Positions 1 through 12,700 of a stretch of DNA of 19,010 nt are shown here, piece by piece. Below the pieces are notes generated by a model, which saw nothing but the letters and a program-made list of their open reading frames with translations, had not been told where the DNA came from and ran no database searches. Source of the DNA: Ginkgo biloba (lineage: Eukaryota; Plantae; Ginkgophyta). A program made the translations under genes and the position numbers. The DNA lies in assembly GCA_024626585.2 (NCBI GenBank), contig JANKJI020000004.1, positions 180,354,698 through 180,373,707 of the forward strand, written 5' to 3'. Position 1 is the stretch's first letter; the number at the start of each line of letters is the position of its first letter.

Positions 1-172
1 ATGGATTGACACAACAACTAAATGATATCCTCAACCCTACTGAATCTTTTTACCATTGTCACTCTAGGAAAGTCATAATTGCTAGTTTGTTAAGGCATTA
101 AGAACTCAGCACAGAAACATTTGATTTTTGGCAATTCCATCATTCAGGAAACTTAAGAAAAGAATAGAAAGG

Positions 173-242
173 TTCAACATACCTACATAATAAGGAAATA
201 TGGATTCAAATAATTTATAATGGTTTCAACATACCTACATAA
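173..242. repeat. Exact 18-bp direct repeat
   Basis: TTCAACATACCTACATAA at 173-190 and 225-242. Confidence 0.8.
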
Positions 243-604
243 GGTTAAATAGTTTAAGGGCATGTCAATTTTTTGACTCTTTTAGGACGAGTTTGTTACA
301 ATGATGCAACCAGTTTTGGTATATCTACAGAGGATTTCTACTTCTTTTACAATCCTTGTTCTTTTTTGACAGAATAAGTGAGAGAAGAACAAGCAGACAG
401 GGCACATTCTCAGCACTATCTTTTGCATTTATCTATTTCCATGGAACTACATTCTCAGCATTTTACAGGGCACACATGCAACTAGAACAAAACTCTTACA
501 CACATCCCCTTGTGCTCATTGGAAAAAACCTAACAGGCAGGAACTGATGCATCCAATAAAGTGTCAAAAATTCAAAATTACGAGAAATTTTTCAGAAACA
601 ATAC

Positions 605-724
605 CTGCCGCCTATCAAACAATGCAGAAAGATTAAGCCCTTGGGAAAGTGTTATTAACTCAAATGCATTCATCATTGAAGGACCTGATTCTTCTCTCTC
701 TTTCTGCTCACTGACATATTGTTC
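605..724 (-). CDS. CIPK24: CIPK24-like coding exon (120 nt; NAF/FISL CBL-binding motif)
   Basis: ctaatctgcattcttttgcAG | [40 protein letters not shown] | GTattg. Confidence 0.95.
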
Positions 725-3700
725 CTGCAAAAGAATGCAGATTAGTTCAGGTCCTCGGATGTTTGTTACCCTAGCTTTACTATGAGTAACACCAAAGATA
801 GCAATGGAAAATTATACAAGTTGCATTTTGTAGCTCTATTTAGCAGGTAGTCTATGGACAGTTAGTCTCATGAAGATTAATTTAACTTTTTGAGTTACAA
901 ATTATTACATTAATAGAAAGGAAATAGTACAAGAAGATGCCTTAGTGGGAGGTCATCTTTATACATTGGGTCTGAATATATATTTCAATACCACTATCCA
1001 TTCTTCTAAAACAGCTGTTACCAGAAAAAGCCNNNNNNNNNNNNNNNNATTAGTTGACATCTTTCATTGTCAAAACAACAATAACACAATTAAAGATCAT
1101 TATCAACCATTAAGGGCACATTGAATCCAAAGGTCGCTTCCTCATTTGGTTCCATTTCATAGTATTCTCATCCTGGAACTCTTGGCCCTAAGCTATCCTT
1201 TCATGCTGAACACAGTTTGTATATATCACTGCCTCACTTCCCTAAGATATCCTTTTATGCCGTACATCGACTCTAGGCCAAAAGCTAACACGGATTGAAN
1301 NNNNNNNNNNNNNNNNNNNNNNNNNNNNNNNNNNNNNNNNNNNNNCGGTTTGAGGGTGACTATCGTATTCTGAGAGATTGGCACATTTGCAGACTCTGTT
1401 CTTTGGAGGTAGTGACAGAGGAGCATTTTATTTTAGATGTCTAGTTTATCACAATATGAGTGGATAATACCATTGTTTTGTTCCAACAAACAAGGGGATT
1501 GCTTTTCACCTTCTTCATGTATGAGGACCAGAAGTGTATAGCTCTCTTTATAGTGAGTTTTTATTGTACAAATGTTACCCGGTGATTAGAGATGCTTAAA
1601 GGATGGAAAGGTACTGTATCACTTCCTTCTTCCAGTTGCTTACATCTACTGCTAGACAAGCGCCTCTCAGACTTTGATGATACTCATATCTATGAGACAC
1701 TGCACATCGACTAGGACTAATAGATGGCAAACTCAGTTCCCCAATAGACATACTTGTAGGACCACAAGGGCCACCAGTCCTAGAACTCCCAACCAAGGTG
1801 ATATTCCCATCTATTTTACTTTCCTGCGTGTAGTATCAGCTTTGGATGATAGGAGAAGCACTCGCACCTCTTCAAAAGGAGTTAACAAATCATCACCCAA
1901 GCACATGCTAGAAAGCCCCCTTTTCAATAAACACTTTAGCAAATGATATCTTCATGCAAGTTCTGGGGAATTCTAGTTATCCATGAGAATGGACTGGTCT
2001 CTCAGTCTCCTATAAATGCCTAAAACTTAATTCTCTACTTTTGTCAGTGATTGTAATGCTACACAACTATCACATGTTTGTACTGCCACACAACTATGAA
2101 AAATCTTATAAGTTTACATTTCTCTTTATTGCTTTCAGAGTGAAATTGGAGATGCCCTATGCACTCCCTGGATGCATTGCAAATGTTTTTTTCAGTCAAC
2201 TGACTGCTTTCAGTCATCGGTCCACATTACTATAATTTCTCTCTTTCTTTCTTTCTCCTCCTTCTCCAANNNNNNNNNNNNNNNNNNNNNNNNNNNNNNN
2301 NNNNNNNNNNNNNNNNNNNNNNNNNNNNNNNNNNNNNNNNNNNNNNNNNNNNNNNNNNNNNNNNNNNNNTGGACCAAGTGGCTGCCCGAGGCCTTATAAA
2401 CGGATGGTGCAGTATTGCTCCCCTTAGAATGCTAGTGAAAATGAGATGTAATACTGATATAGGAAATTTTTGGGTTCGAGACTCAAAAAAAAAATTCACG
2501 TTTAAAACTCCCCTGAACAATACTGCACAAACATAACTAAAAAAATTTCCTTCTTTACCCAAAGTTACTAATCTCAATCCTGCCAAACTTTAGATCCAGA
2601 ATCTTGATTCCCTACTTTGCCTTCTATATCCCAAGTTATCCCAATTGCAAGAACCCATTCTCTACCATCAAATTTTGCAGGAAGTTTGCATTTCTATGCA
2701 CTGTTTTAACAAGTTTCCCACATTTGCCTTCTGAATTGTGGTTTTGGGTCTATGTCAGCAAGGTTTTGTCAACTTGCTTCCTTATGTCCAACCCAACAAT
2801 TATTAATCAGATCAGCATTCATCTCTTTCTAACTGATTGAAGACATATTTTAAGGTCCCATAAACCTTCAGTATTGTGGACATTAATCAAATTAGCACAT
2901 CATATCTCTCACACTGTTTGAGGGCATAATTTTACTCAAGGTCCCACAACCTCCAGTTTTGATGAACATTAATAAAATTTTCATTTTCAAGCCCATTCTT
3001 TCACATATGATAAATTTAGGAATGCAGTATGAAATATGACAAAAATAGGTAACATGTGCATGTTGTAGGCCATATGGAAGTATGTCTTCATGTTTGTTGA
3101 CATGGTTAAATATATATGCAACACCATCCCAGGAGAATGTGATGTATGCACATCTGGCAACCTATACAGGGGTACATCTCTTCATTAATGTCTATGGACT
3201 ACTAGAAAGCATGCACTAGATACATGTGGAGGAAGTAATTCGCAAAGAATGGGGGTACAAGGGTTTGGCTTCATATGCAGTTCAAAGATAAAGACACTGT
3301 CACAACCACATTGACTGAGGATATTTGTACCACAAACTTTGTGACGCATCAAAGGAGCTGGCTTGATGTGCTGTTCAATTGGAGGCATGCTCAAAGAATG
3401 CAAGTTGTCATGTCCGTGTTGACCAAGAACAATAGCTGCAATACATTGTGAGGTACAACGTGTATAATGTGCAAAAGAAAAACAATATTTTCAATAACAG
3501 AAATTGTTTTGAAAGGGCTAAATCTTTCAAAAAGTGTTAGGGTTTAAAAGTTTTCACTTAGACCCCTATTGTTTAGGCTCGATCACATGTAGACTAAATG
3601 TGACCAGAGGCTAGAGGCTAAACACTTGCAAAGGGTGTTAAATGATTTTTTCTCTATGGTGGAATAGTTTTTCATTCTAAAGCTTAAAGGCAAAGTTTTT

Positions 3701-6700
3701 TGTCGGTGGTTGGATATGTGTTTTTTTTCTGCTTTCCTTTGAATCTATCTTTACTTCCTTGAGCACAAGTTTTTTCAACATATTGTGAGTATCCTAGGCA
3801 TATTTTGTGAAGCATCATGGCTAGTATATCTAATAGCCTTGTTCCTAACTACAAGTTAGATGGAAAGAATTATTCTGTTTGGAAATATAAAATTAAAAAT
3901 GTGTTTGTAATGAAAGATCTATGGGATCTCACAATTGGGAAGGAAGCAGGCACTACTGATGCTAAAAAGAAAGAAAGAAAGAAATTATATTCATGTCCAC
4001 AGATGACCAAAATAGGTCAATGGGACTCAAAAATACAACCAACTATAATAGAAGTAAAAGGAGTGCCTAAAGTATCTCCTACCTAAGAAAGCCATAAAAA
4101 AGGGTTTACAAAGAAAAGAAAATGTAGACCCTATNNNNNNNNNNNNNNNNNNNNNNNNNNNNNNNNNNNNNNNNNNNNNNNNNNNNNNNNNNNNNNNNNN
4201 NNNNNNNNNNNNNNNNNNNNNNNNNNNNNNNNNNATAACAAGAAATTCCACTGTCTTTTAATGTCATATTTTCTCACAAACAAGATTTGGTATTGTACTA
4301 AGAAATTCCACCATCCTCAAACATCATCATGCACAAATAACATTTGACGTTATACAAAGAAATTCCAATGTCTTTGAATTACATGCAACATCTTCCTTGT
4401 TTGGGGATGGTGCAAGTGGGATCCCCATTACTTTCTTATCGCTAGAGCATGTCTTTGTCAACAATTTCCTATACCTCAATTGTCTTGAGCACAATTATTG
4501 TCACCAACCAAGATTGGATTATCATGTGTTCACTCTAAATTGGAGACCAAGCTAGGCGTTGAGAATAGATTAGCAAGTTACAAATCTAGAGGAACATGGA
4601 GAGACAAAAAATAGTGTGTGTGTGTGTTTGCTATCACTGACATATACTCATTATCCACAAATTAAGACATATATTCAAAGCATATGAATATATATTCTTG
4701 ATTTTGAGAAGGTAGTACATAGGGGATCATCAAGATACAAACATAGACCTTCATATTTCAGTTTCATGATGGTGATCTGAAAATCCCTTAATTATAAGAG
4801 GTTTTGAACAGTCTCTTTATAGTCACAAGGTGCCCCTTTGTACATGGATAACTATCAAAAGGTGTGCATAAAGTCCCCAACATTCTAATTATGCACTTAA
4901 TGATAATTGAAGTCAATAGTGCATGCTCATAAACACTCGCAATGCATTTTTTATTACATTACTGGAAATAGAGACTTAACTAATTTCCTGACTAACAATG
5001 TGTTTTTGCCCAATGCATTTATTTTTCAAAATATGTAGAACAATGTCTGTGTTAAGGACATTTCAACCAACCTCTGCATCATCAAAAACAGCGTGTACAT
5101 CATCCAAGTTAACATCCTCATCTTCATGAAGTTTAGCAGGGGAGTAATTCTTTTTGAACCATTCATCTTTACGGATTTCACTAATTCTTATACGCTGAAA
5201 TCACACAAAAAATAATCAACATGGTAATGTCGCTACCAAATTATTCAAAGTAAACCTTATAACCTATAAGAACACCCACAATTATAAGAAAAAGAGAACG
5301 AATAGCTTAAATAAATGACATGCTGAGAAACTTACAGTTTGTGGATCCGGATCGAGAATTTTAGATACTAATGACTTCGCACTAGGAGAAAACCACGGAG
5401 GGCAAGAAAATTCTGCCACATTGATCTACAGCATTTCCCCACATTAAACTTTTAAAAAATACAAAAGGTTATATCTGCCAAGATTTTGTAATCTGTCACC
5501 CCAAAAGAATTGGATGCAAGGTCACATATGATGAGAAACATGGACACAACTTATGATAAGCATTCATCTTAAACATGAATTAGTAAAGAAGCTAGAAATT
5601 ATAATGTCTTGAATTTGAGCCCTTAAATTGCTTAAAAAGGCCCTCAAATGAACCATCAAAGGAATGCAAAATAGTTACAGCAAAAGCAAGGCTCCCAAAC
5701 TTCAATATCTATAAAGAAATATGTTCACCCTACATCTGTTTCCCACCCCTACCTAATTTTAAAGGGATAAAAAGGAAAAAGATGTTCTTTCTACCATGCA
5801 TACATGCCTGCCTCATTTCACAAGCCGAAATTCTAAATCCAATGCTTCATCTATCTTCAATAACCTTCATCATCTTAGCTTCACATATTTTTGCACATGT
5901 AAAATGATACTATTATATTGTTCATCTTCTCAGGCCTCTCTATTGTTTTTAATGAGATAGAAAAGAGAATTCTGTTTGTGAGATACCTTCCTATAGAGAG
6001 ACATAAGATCATCCTCATCAAATGGGAGATATCCAGCCATTAATACATAAAGGATGATAATGTATGACCATATGATTTCAATTACACCATAAAAAACCTT
6101 CTTGCTAAGAACCTTAGATGCTACATAATTTGGCATTCCACATGTAGTATGNNNNNNNNNNNNNNNNNNNNNNNNNNNNNNNNNNNNNNNNNNNNNNNNN
6201 NNNNNNNNNNNNNNNNNNNNNNNNNNNNNNNNNNNNNNNNNNNNNNNNNNNNNNNNNNNNNNNNNNNNNNNNNNNNNNNNNNNNNNNNNNNNNNNNNNNN
6301 NNNNNNNNNNNNNNNNNNNNNNNNNNNNNNNNNNNNNNNNNNNNNNNNNNNNNNNNNNNNNNNNNNNNNNNNNNNNNNNNNNNNNNNNNNNTATAGAAAT
6401 CCCTATGGGTACTTGTGGATACAAGATTAAAATGAAGTGCATCTTTCTATCCACAAACTAATGGATAGTCTGAAGTTATCAATATAATAGTCGCGCAACT
6501 CTTAAGGATATGCAATCATAAGCATCCTAAGACATGGGATTAAAGTATCCTATAATTCTCACAGAGCTCTTCATATCTCTACATAAGTATTGCCTTTTGA
6601 AGCTTATTTGGGTGTCCTACCCAAATATCCATTAATTATAAGTAACACTATACTAAAAGCCTCTTCAGTTAAAGAAAGAGAAGCTCAACAACATGCATTG

Positions 6701-9700
6701 ATGTTTGGTGATAATATTAAACATGTGCAAAGGAAGATATAAGAGACTCTACTAAAGAGTTAACAAAAGTATAAAGTGAGGCATGATAAACATTGATCAG
6801 ATCACCAATTTTAGGTGGGGAAAAAGTTTGGCTTCATCCCCCTAAGGAAAATTTTCAAGGGAGAAAATAAAATGACTTTTTTTTATATGATGTTATCAAG
6901 GTCTAGCAGTCATTATTCTGACTTACATTAACGCCAAACTGCAAATTCCCATTAGCACTGAATCCACTCATGCCCCATTTACTTTCTAAACAATGCAAGT
7001 TAATCTCTTGGGGATTGTGGACTATTTTGGTCCTTTGGTATATAAACAATTACCTCATTTACAAGTTAAGTTCGTCAATCCATTCACATATGTTTCATTA
7101 ATCATACTATTGAACAAAGGTCAAGAACATTGGATAACCAAACTGGAAGATTTTAGTTTTTTAAATATTCCACCTAGGACATTCCTTTGTTTGACATAAT
7201 CATATTAGAAGAAATCTCACGTTTCAGTTTTAATATGCATCTCATTCTAACCTAAAATTACAATCCTATAATGTAACAGGTTAGGACCATTACATCAACT
7301 AATTTTGAAAAAATGGAATGATAACCATTGGTGGCGTGTGTGTATTCAGACTTTAGATGAATATATTTATGATTGGAAAAAAGAAGAACATCGATTGGTT
7401 GGATTGTCCTTGTTGCAAGCCCCTATCATCCTTTGTAGGCACCTGTGCCACACATACAACTTGAAACACTTGTGTGTATTTAGAATCGGCATGTTTCTTT
7501 GCTTACCTTCAGTGATGATTCCTTAACAACCCTTGGAGATTACACCATAACATTCCATGCTTGGTGCTTTTGTGGAACCTGTATTATCAACTCAATTGTA
7601 CTAGTAAAGACCAACCTAGGTTATGATGTAGGAGAGGAGGGAAATGAAATAGATCTCTCACAAGAAATCACAACGTNNNNNNNNNNNNNNNNNNNNNNNN
7701 NNNNNNNNNNNNNNNNNNNNNAATGCCTCCCCAATACCATCTCTTAGGTGCTTCCCCACCACTAAATATATGAATGCAAGATCCGTTCAAGACAATTTGT
7801 CACCCCAATGATGGGCTTACACTTTGCAATCTATGGACTTGATCTTTCCAAGGGAGATATAATTCCAATCTATGCACTCAATTTTGAACACTTTGCCACC
7901 CCACCAATGGAGTTATGATTTGTAGGCTCNNNNNNNNNNNNNNNNNNNNNNNNNNNNNNNNNNNNNNNNNNNNNNNNNNNNNNNNTTATCACTTCAGTGC
8001 TCTAAGTCTCATCCCAAGCAGCCGTTGCCTACAAAGGGGATTTTGAACTTATGCTATAACCTTTCTGTAGACACCTAAAATCTACCACCCTAGTTTCATT
8101 ACCCGTTAATCTTGCTTGCACCATTTCATGATTAATTAACTAATTAATCCTTTTCTAGCTAAGTTCATGTACCTAAATCCCAAAAATCAAAAGNNNNNNN
8201 NNNNNNNNNNNNNNNNNNNNNNNNNNNNNNNNNNNNNNNNNNNNNNNNNNNNNNNNNNNNNNNNNNNNNNNNNNNNNNNNNNNNNNNNNNNNNTCAAAAG
8301 CCTAGTCTAAAGTTTAGTATAAATCAAAAAACAAAAAACCTAGTCTAAAGTTAGTCTAAAGCTAAGCAAACATTAAAAAAATCAAAACAAATAAAAACAA
8401 AATAAAATCAAAACAAAACAAAGGAAAAGAAAATAACGGCTTTCTTGGAAGAGGAGGCGACTCATGGGGAGAAGTGATTCATTTGGAGAGCCCATTCAAA
8501 TCTGAGAAGGAACCATCTTTCATCCATCGTTCACCATCTTCATCCATTCATGGCCTAGCTGTTGGCTGCATCGGTTACTAGCACTGAAATCCTGAGCAAT
8601 CCACAAATCAATTGGAGATAATTTCTATTTTACTGCTCAAATCGGAGGTATGTTGGTGTTTTTCAAATAGAATTTGATCTCTAATTTACCTACGTACACT
8701 TTCAAATTTCATTCCTTCATTGCCCTGCCCATATCATCATGCTCAAATGTCATCCTAAGGCTCTACATGCAACCTACATCATTCTAGGTCTCAAACCCTA
8801 GCGTCAAGCCTTAGCATCCTATGGCCTACAATCACAAGGAACTAAGCCACTCTATGGCATTTTCATAAACAACAAAAGTTTATTTAAACAAATTTATGAT
8901 TGCTATGAATGTTGATAATAGAATAACCTTAAGACTGTTGAAAATATATCCAATACCCTTGTTGCTTATACCACAAGACTATTTTTAAAATGTAATGCCA
9001 TAACATAAATGTAAATGACCATACAAGTACTCAAAGGACATCAACAATCTTATCTACATGCACATGGTTGAAAATAATACCCACCTCGCCTCATGAAACC
9101 CTAAACCTTATATACATCTTCTCAAAGATTTTACCCACATATTTTGGCAGGGGACTAACCTCACCACATTATGGATGCCAAAAGTAAGGGCACTAGTTCA
9201 CATTAACACCTACAGGCCAACATGCTATCAATTTATTATATTCACCCTACTTCGGGTTTCGTTCATGCAATATGAACTATCAGGCCAAAGTCCTAATTCA
9301 CAACCGCACTCTAGGCAATACAACATAAGAATCAACACATGCTCATATTTAGAAAATTAAGTACAACAAGTTGCATATAATCATAAATTCTATATATCAT
9401 GCGATCCCCTCAATGGGTATCAAACCCTACAACCACACAATGCACGCAAGAGAAAAAGGCATTCAAACTAACAAATCTAAGACTTATAAGGCTACCTCTA
9501 TCCTACACAACCCAAATTTCGCAAGAAAAACAATTGACCCTCTAAAATGAAAGTGTACAAATTAAGGACATAATCAATAAAATTAAGGACAATTAAATCT
9601 CTTCTTTCAACAAGAATTACATTTAATTGGCCCTATGCCTCTATTCATGAGATGCAACTCATAGAGATNNNNNNNNNNNNNNNNNNNNNNNNNNNNNNNN

Positions 9701-12700
9701 NNNNNNNNNNNNNNNNNNNNNNNNNNNNNNNNNNNNNNNNNNNNNNNNNNNNNNNNNNNNNNNNNNNNCAAGAAGGAGATCCACCTATTGTTCAACAACA
9801 CATGCAGTTTAACCTGACCCCTTTTCTTGACATGCCACAAGCTATGGATCCCTAATGGATTTCCTCCTCCTAGTCAAGGACCAAATACAACATGATGCAC
9901 CCTAAAATTTCCTCATAATAGATTAACAAACTCAAATGTCAAATTTGTCAAATCCAACTAGGAGCAACATCCACTTTTATCACCACCCTTCCTAATTTAC
10001 TAGAGAAGAGTTCACCCCTTTCCTGTTCGTACGATAAGACCCAAACCTATTTGATTCCATGACTCCACCACCTATAAACATTTGTGTAGGCACCTTCTCA
10101 TTAATTGTTAGCTATGCCTTAACTAATGCACTACCATAAATGAGTTGTTGTCTTCTCATTGATACATCATTGTTTCCCTAGTGATGACATCATAAGCCCT
10201 TCATTGAGTGCACACTTGATGTTGTAATGAAGATGACATGGATCCTTCATTTGCTATGTCCTTTGGTTGAGTTAATATGTTATCTGCTAATTTCACAGAT
10301 GACATTAGCATGGAAAACTAGATTTGCTCCATGTAGAACTGATCTATTGTAAAATGCAACCTATATTTAATCTTTTATTGTCGGTGTCATCTTCAGATCT
10401 ACTATATGTTGTCATGACAACACTCTAATTAGCATTAAATGTGGCTAACATCAACACTGGAAACTATCCTACAATGTTAACGTCATTTTTTAATCTGCCA
10501 TGTGTTATAAAACCTTTCAATCTTGTTGGAATCAGTCTACCAATGGGATGGTAACATGTGTCCAAACTTGGTCGCCACATCATCAAGGATGTCATGTGTT
10601 AGAATTGTGTTGTCAAATTTCCATAAATGCATTAGAATTGCCACTAATTGCATCATAAATCACTTCAAGGTGATGTCATGTTGGGTTAGCCATGTGTCCA
10701 TAAAATCCTGCTAACATCTCATTGGACATTATTATCTTGTGTGTTCTCACTCAAGTAAGATAAATAGAANNNNNNNNNNNNNNNNNNNNNNNNNNNNNNN
10801 NNNNNNNNNNNNNNNNNNNNNNNNNNNNNNNNNNNNNNNNNNNNNNNNNNNNNNNNNNNNNNNNNNNNNGCTAGGATCCGAATCTACGGCAAACAATGGC
10901 ATGAAGACCCATTTGAGCATATTTTGATGTTTGAATATTAGAATTTTAGTTTCAAAAAAATCTATATTTTGTTCAAGTCGTGTTTAAGTAGATTTAATCC
11001 TAAATTTCTATAGTATTATTCAGAGTTTAACTTGATACCTTTGTTTTCCATAAACTATAACAATGGATTTTTAACATGCGTCCACATTGTGTTCAACAGG
11101 GGAATTTCGAATCAAAGGAAAATTTGTCCTTTTTCACACCTCTCGAGATAATATTAACTTGGCTTTTCTGGGTAGTGAAATCTCTTCTTGCATTGCAGAG
11201 ATCATTTCCCTCAATGAGCCCAATTTCTTAGACGAAAGCAATTGATTCCAAAGAGGCTTCTTCAAGGGGCTTATTTGACCATTCACAAGATCCTTTGTAA
11301 TATCTCTATTTCATAGCCTCCTTATCCTCTCATCCAATATCCCGAGTGGATCATGCACCTCTTGCTAACCTCGTGTACATCCACAAAAGATGGAAGNNNN
11401 NNNNNNNNNNNNNNNNNNNNNNNNGCTACCTCATCAATCTTTTCCAACACCTAGAATGGTCCACAATACCAAGATGAGAGCTCAGCACATCATTTCATAA
11501 ACAAGGAACTATTACACTTCACTCTAAAATAAAGCATATCCCCCACAAAAGATCTTGACAATCTATGCTAGTCTACATGCAATTTCGCATGTGAATGTCC
11601 TCTTCAATGTTCTTTCAACACTCCCTTAACTCTTTCTGCATTTGCTCAAGCATTCTCTAAGAAGCTTGGGTCTTCCCCTTAAAATATTTGAGGTCCAACA
11701 CTAAAAGAATGAGGGGATCATAACCATACATAGCTCTAAAGGGAGTCATACCTGTGGCCAAATGTATACCGTTATTTTATGAAAATTCCACANNNNNNNN
11801 NNNNNNNNNTCCCAACTAGTTTGTATAGCTTCCAAATGTGCCCTTAACATGTCCTCCATTATCTAATTAAGCCTCTCTCTTTGCCCATCTGTCTGAGGGG
11901 ATTCCCATTATTAAAATTCAACCAAATGCCCAAAGCTTTAAACAAATCAATCCATATATGGATGGTGAATTTGATGTCATGATTGCTCACAATGCTCTTT
12001 GGTAAAGACTTTTGTTGTCAACAAATAAGCAATATCCTTTCCCTTATGTGTCATCCTACAAGGTATAAATCTGACCATCTTCATGAGTCGATCCACAACC
12101 ACCAAAAGATGATCATGCTATCGTTGTTTCCTTAGTAAGGAAGCCACAAAATCCATGTTGATGATCTCCCATTTTCCTTATGGAATAAGTAAAGGCACCA
12201 ACACTTGTAGGATGGTCCTTTTCTGCCTTATTTACTTGAAACTACTCACAAGTCTTCACATGGTGTCCTATCGCTTTCTTCATATTTTTCCAATATGCAT
12301 ACTTCTTGGCGACTTCATAGGTCTTGTCCCAACCCACATGGGTAGGAAATGGACTTCAATTGGGTAATATCTGGAACTACAATCCTATCCCCATACCACA
12401 AAATATCATCATAAACCTGCATAGTTTGAATATGCTCACTAGCAACTATGTCCGGTTTCACACTAGCACCATTGATCAAGTTTTTGTGCCTCTTAGATCT
12501 CACTCCTCAAAGATGCCTGCACAACAAAAACATTTTTAGCATGTGGCATCCTTGACAAAGAATCAACCATAACATTTTCCTTTCCATCTTTGTATGTCAA
12601 CTTGGGTCGTAACTCTTCAAAGATCATGGCCCAACTGTCAAGATCCAAACTTAGATTTGAGAGGAAAAGATAACAAAGTCTTATGGTTAATCGCTACTTC

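Noticed and set aside
404-460. 12-bp direct repeat ACATTCTCAGCA (404-415, 449-460)
   Set aside because: Small local duplication in an intron, with no TIR or other element structure between the copies.
561-785. Plus-strand 74-aa ORF (and 18747..18935)
   Set aside because: Antisense shadows of real CIPK exons.
4240-4367. Regularly spaced AAGAAATTCCA motif resembling a CRISPR-like array
   Set aside because: The repeat is only 11 bp, the spacers resemble each other, the context is a eukaryotic intron and there are no cas genes; it is an ordinary degenerate tandem repeat.
8015-8035. GCCGTTGCC resembling an Athila-type PBS core
   Set aside because: It lacks the leading TGGC and no LTR end can be defined beside it.
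12155-12539. Plus-strand ORFs 12155..12367 and 12324..12539
   Set aside because: Antisense to the decayed Gypsy pol; no independent coding evidence.
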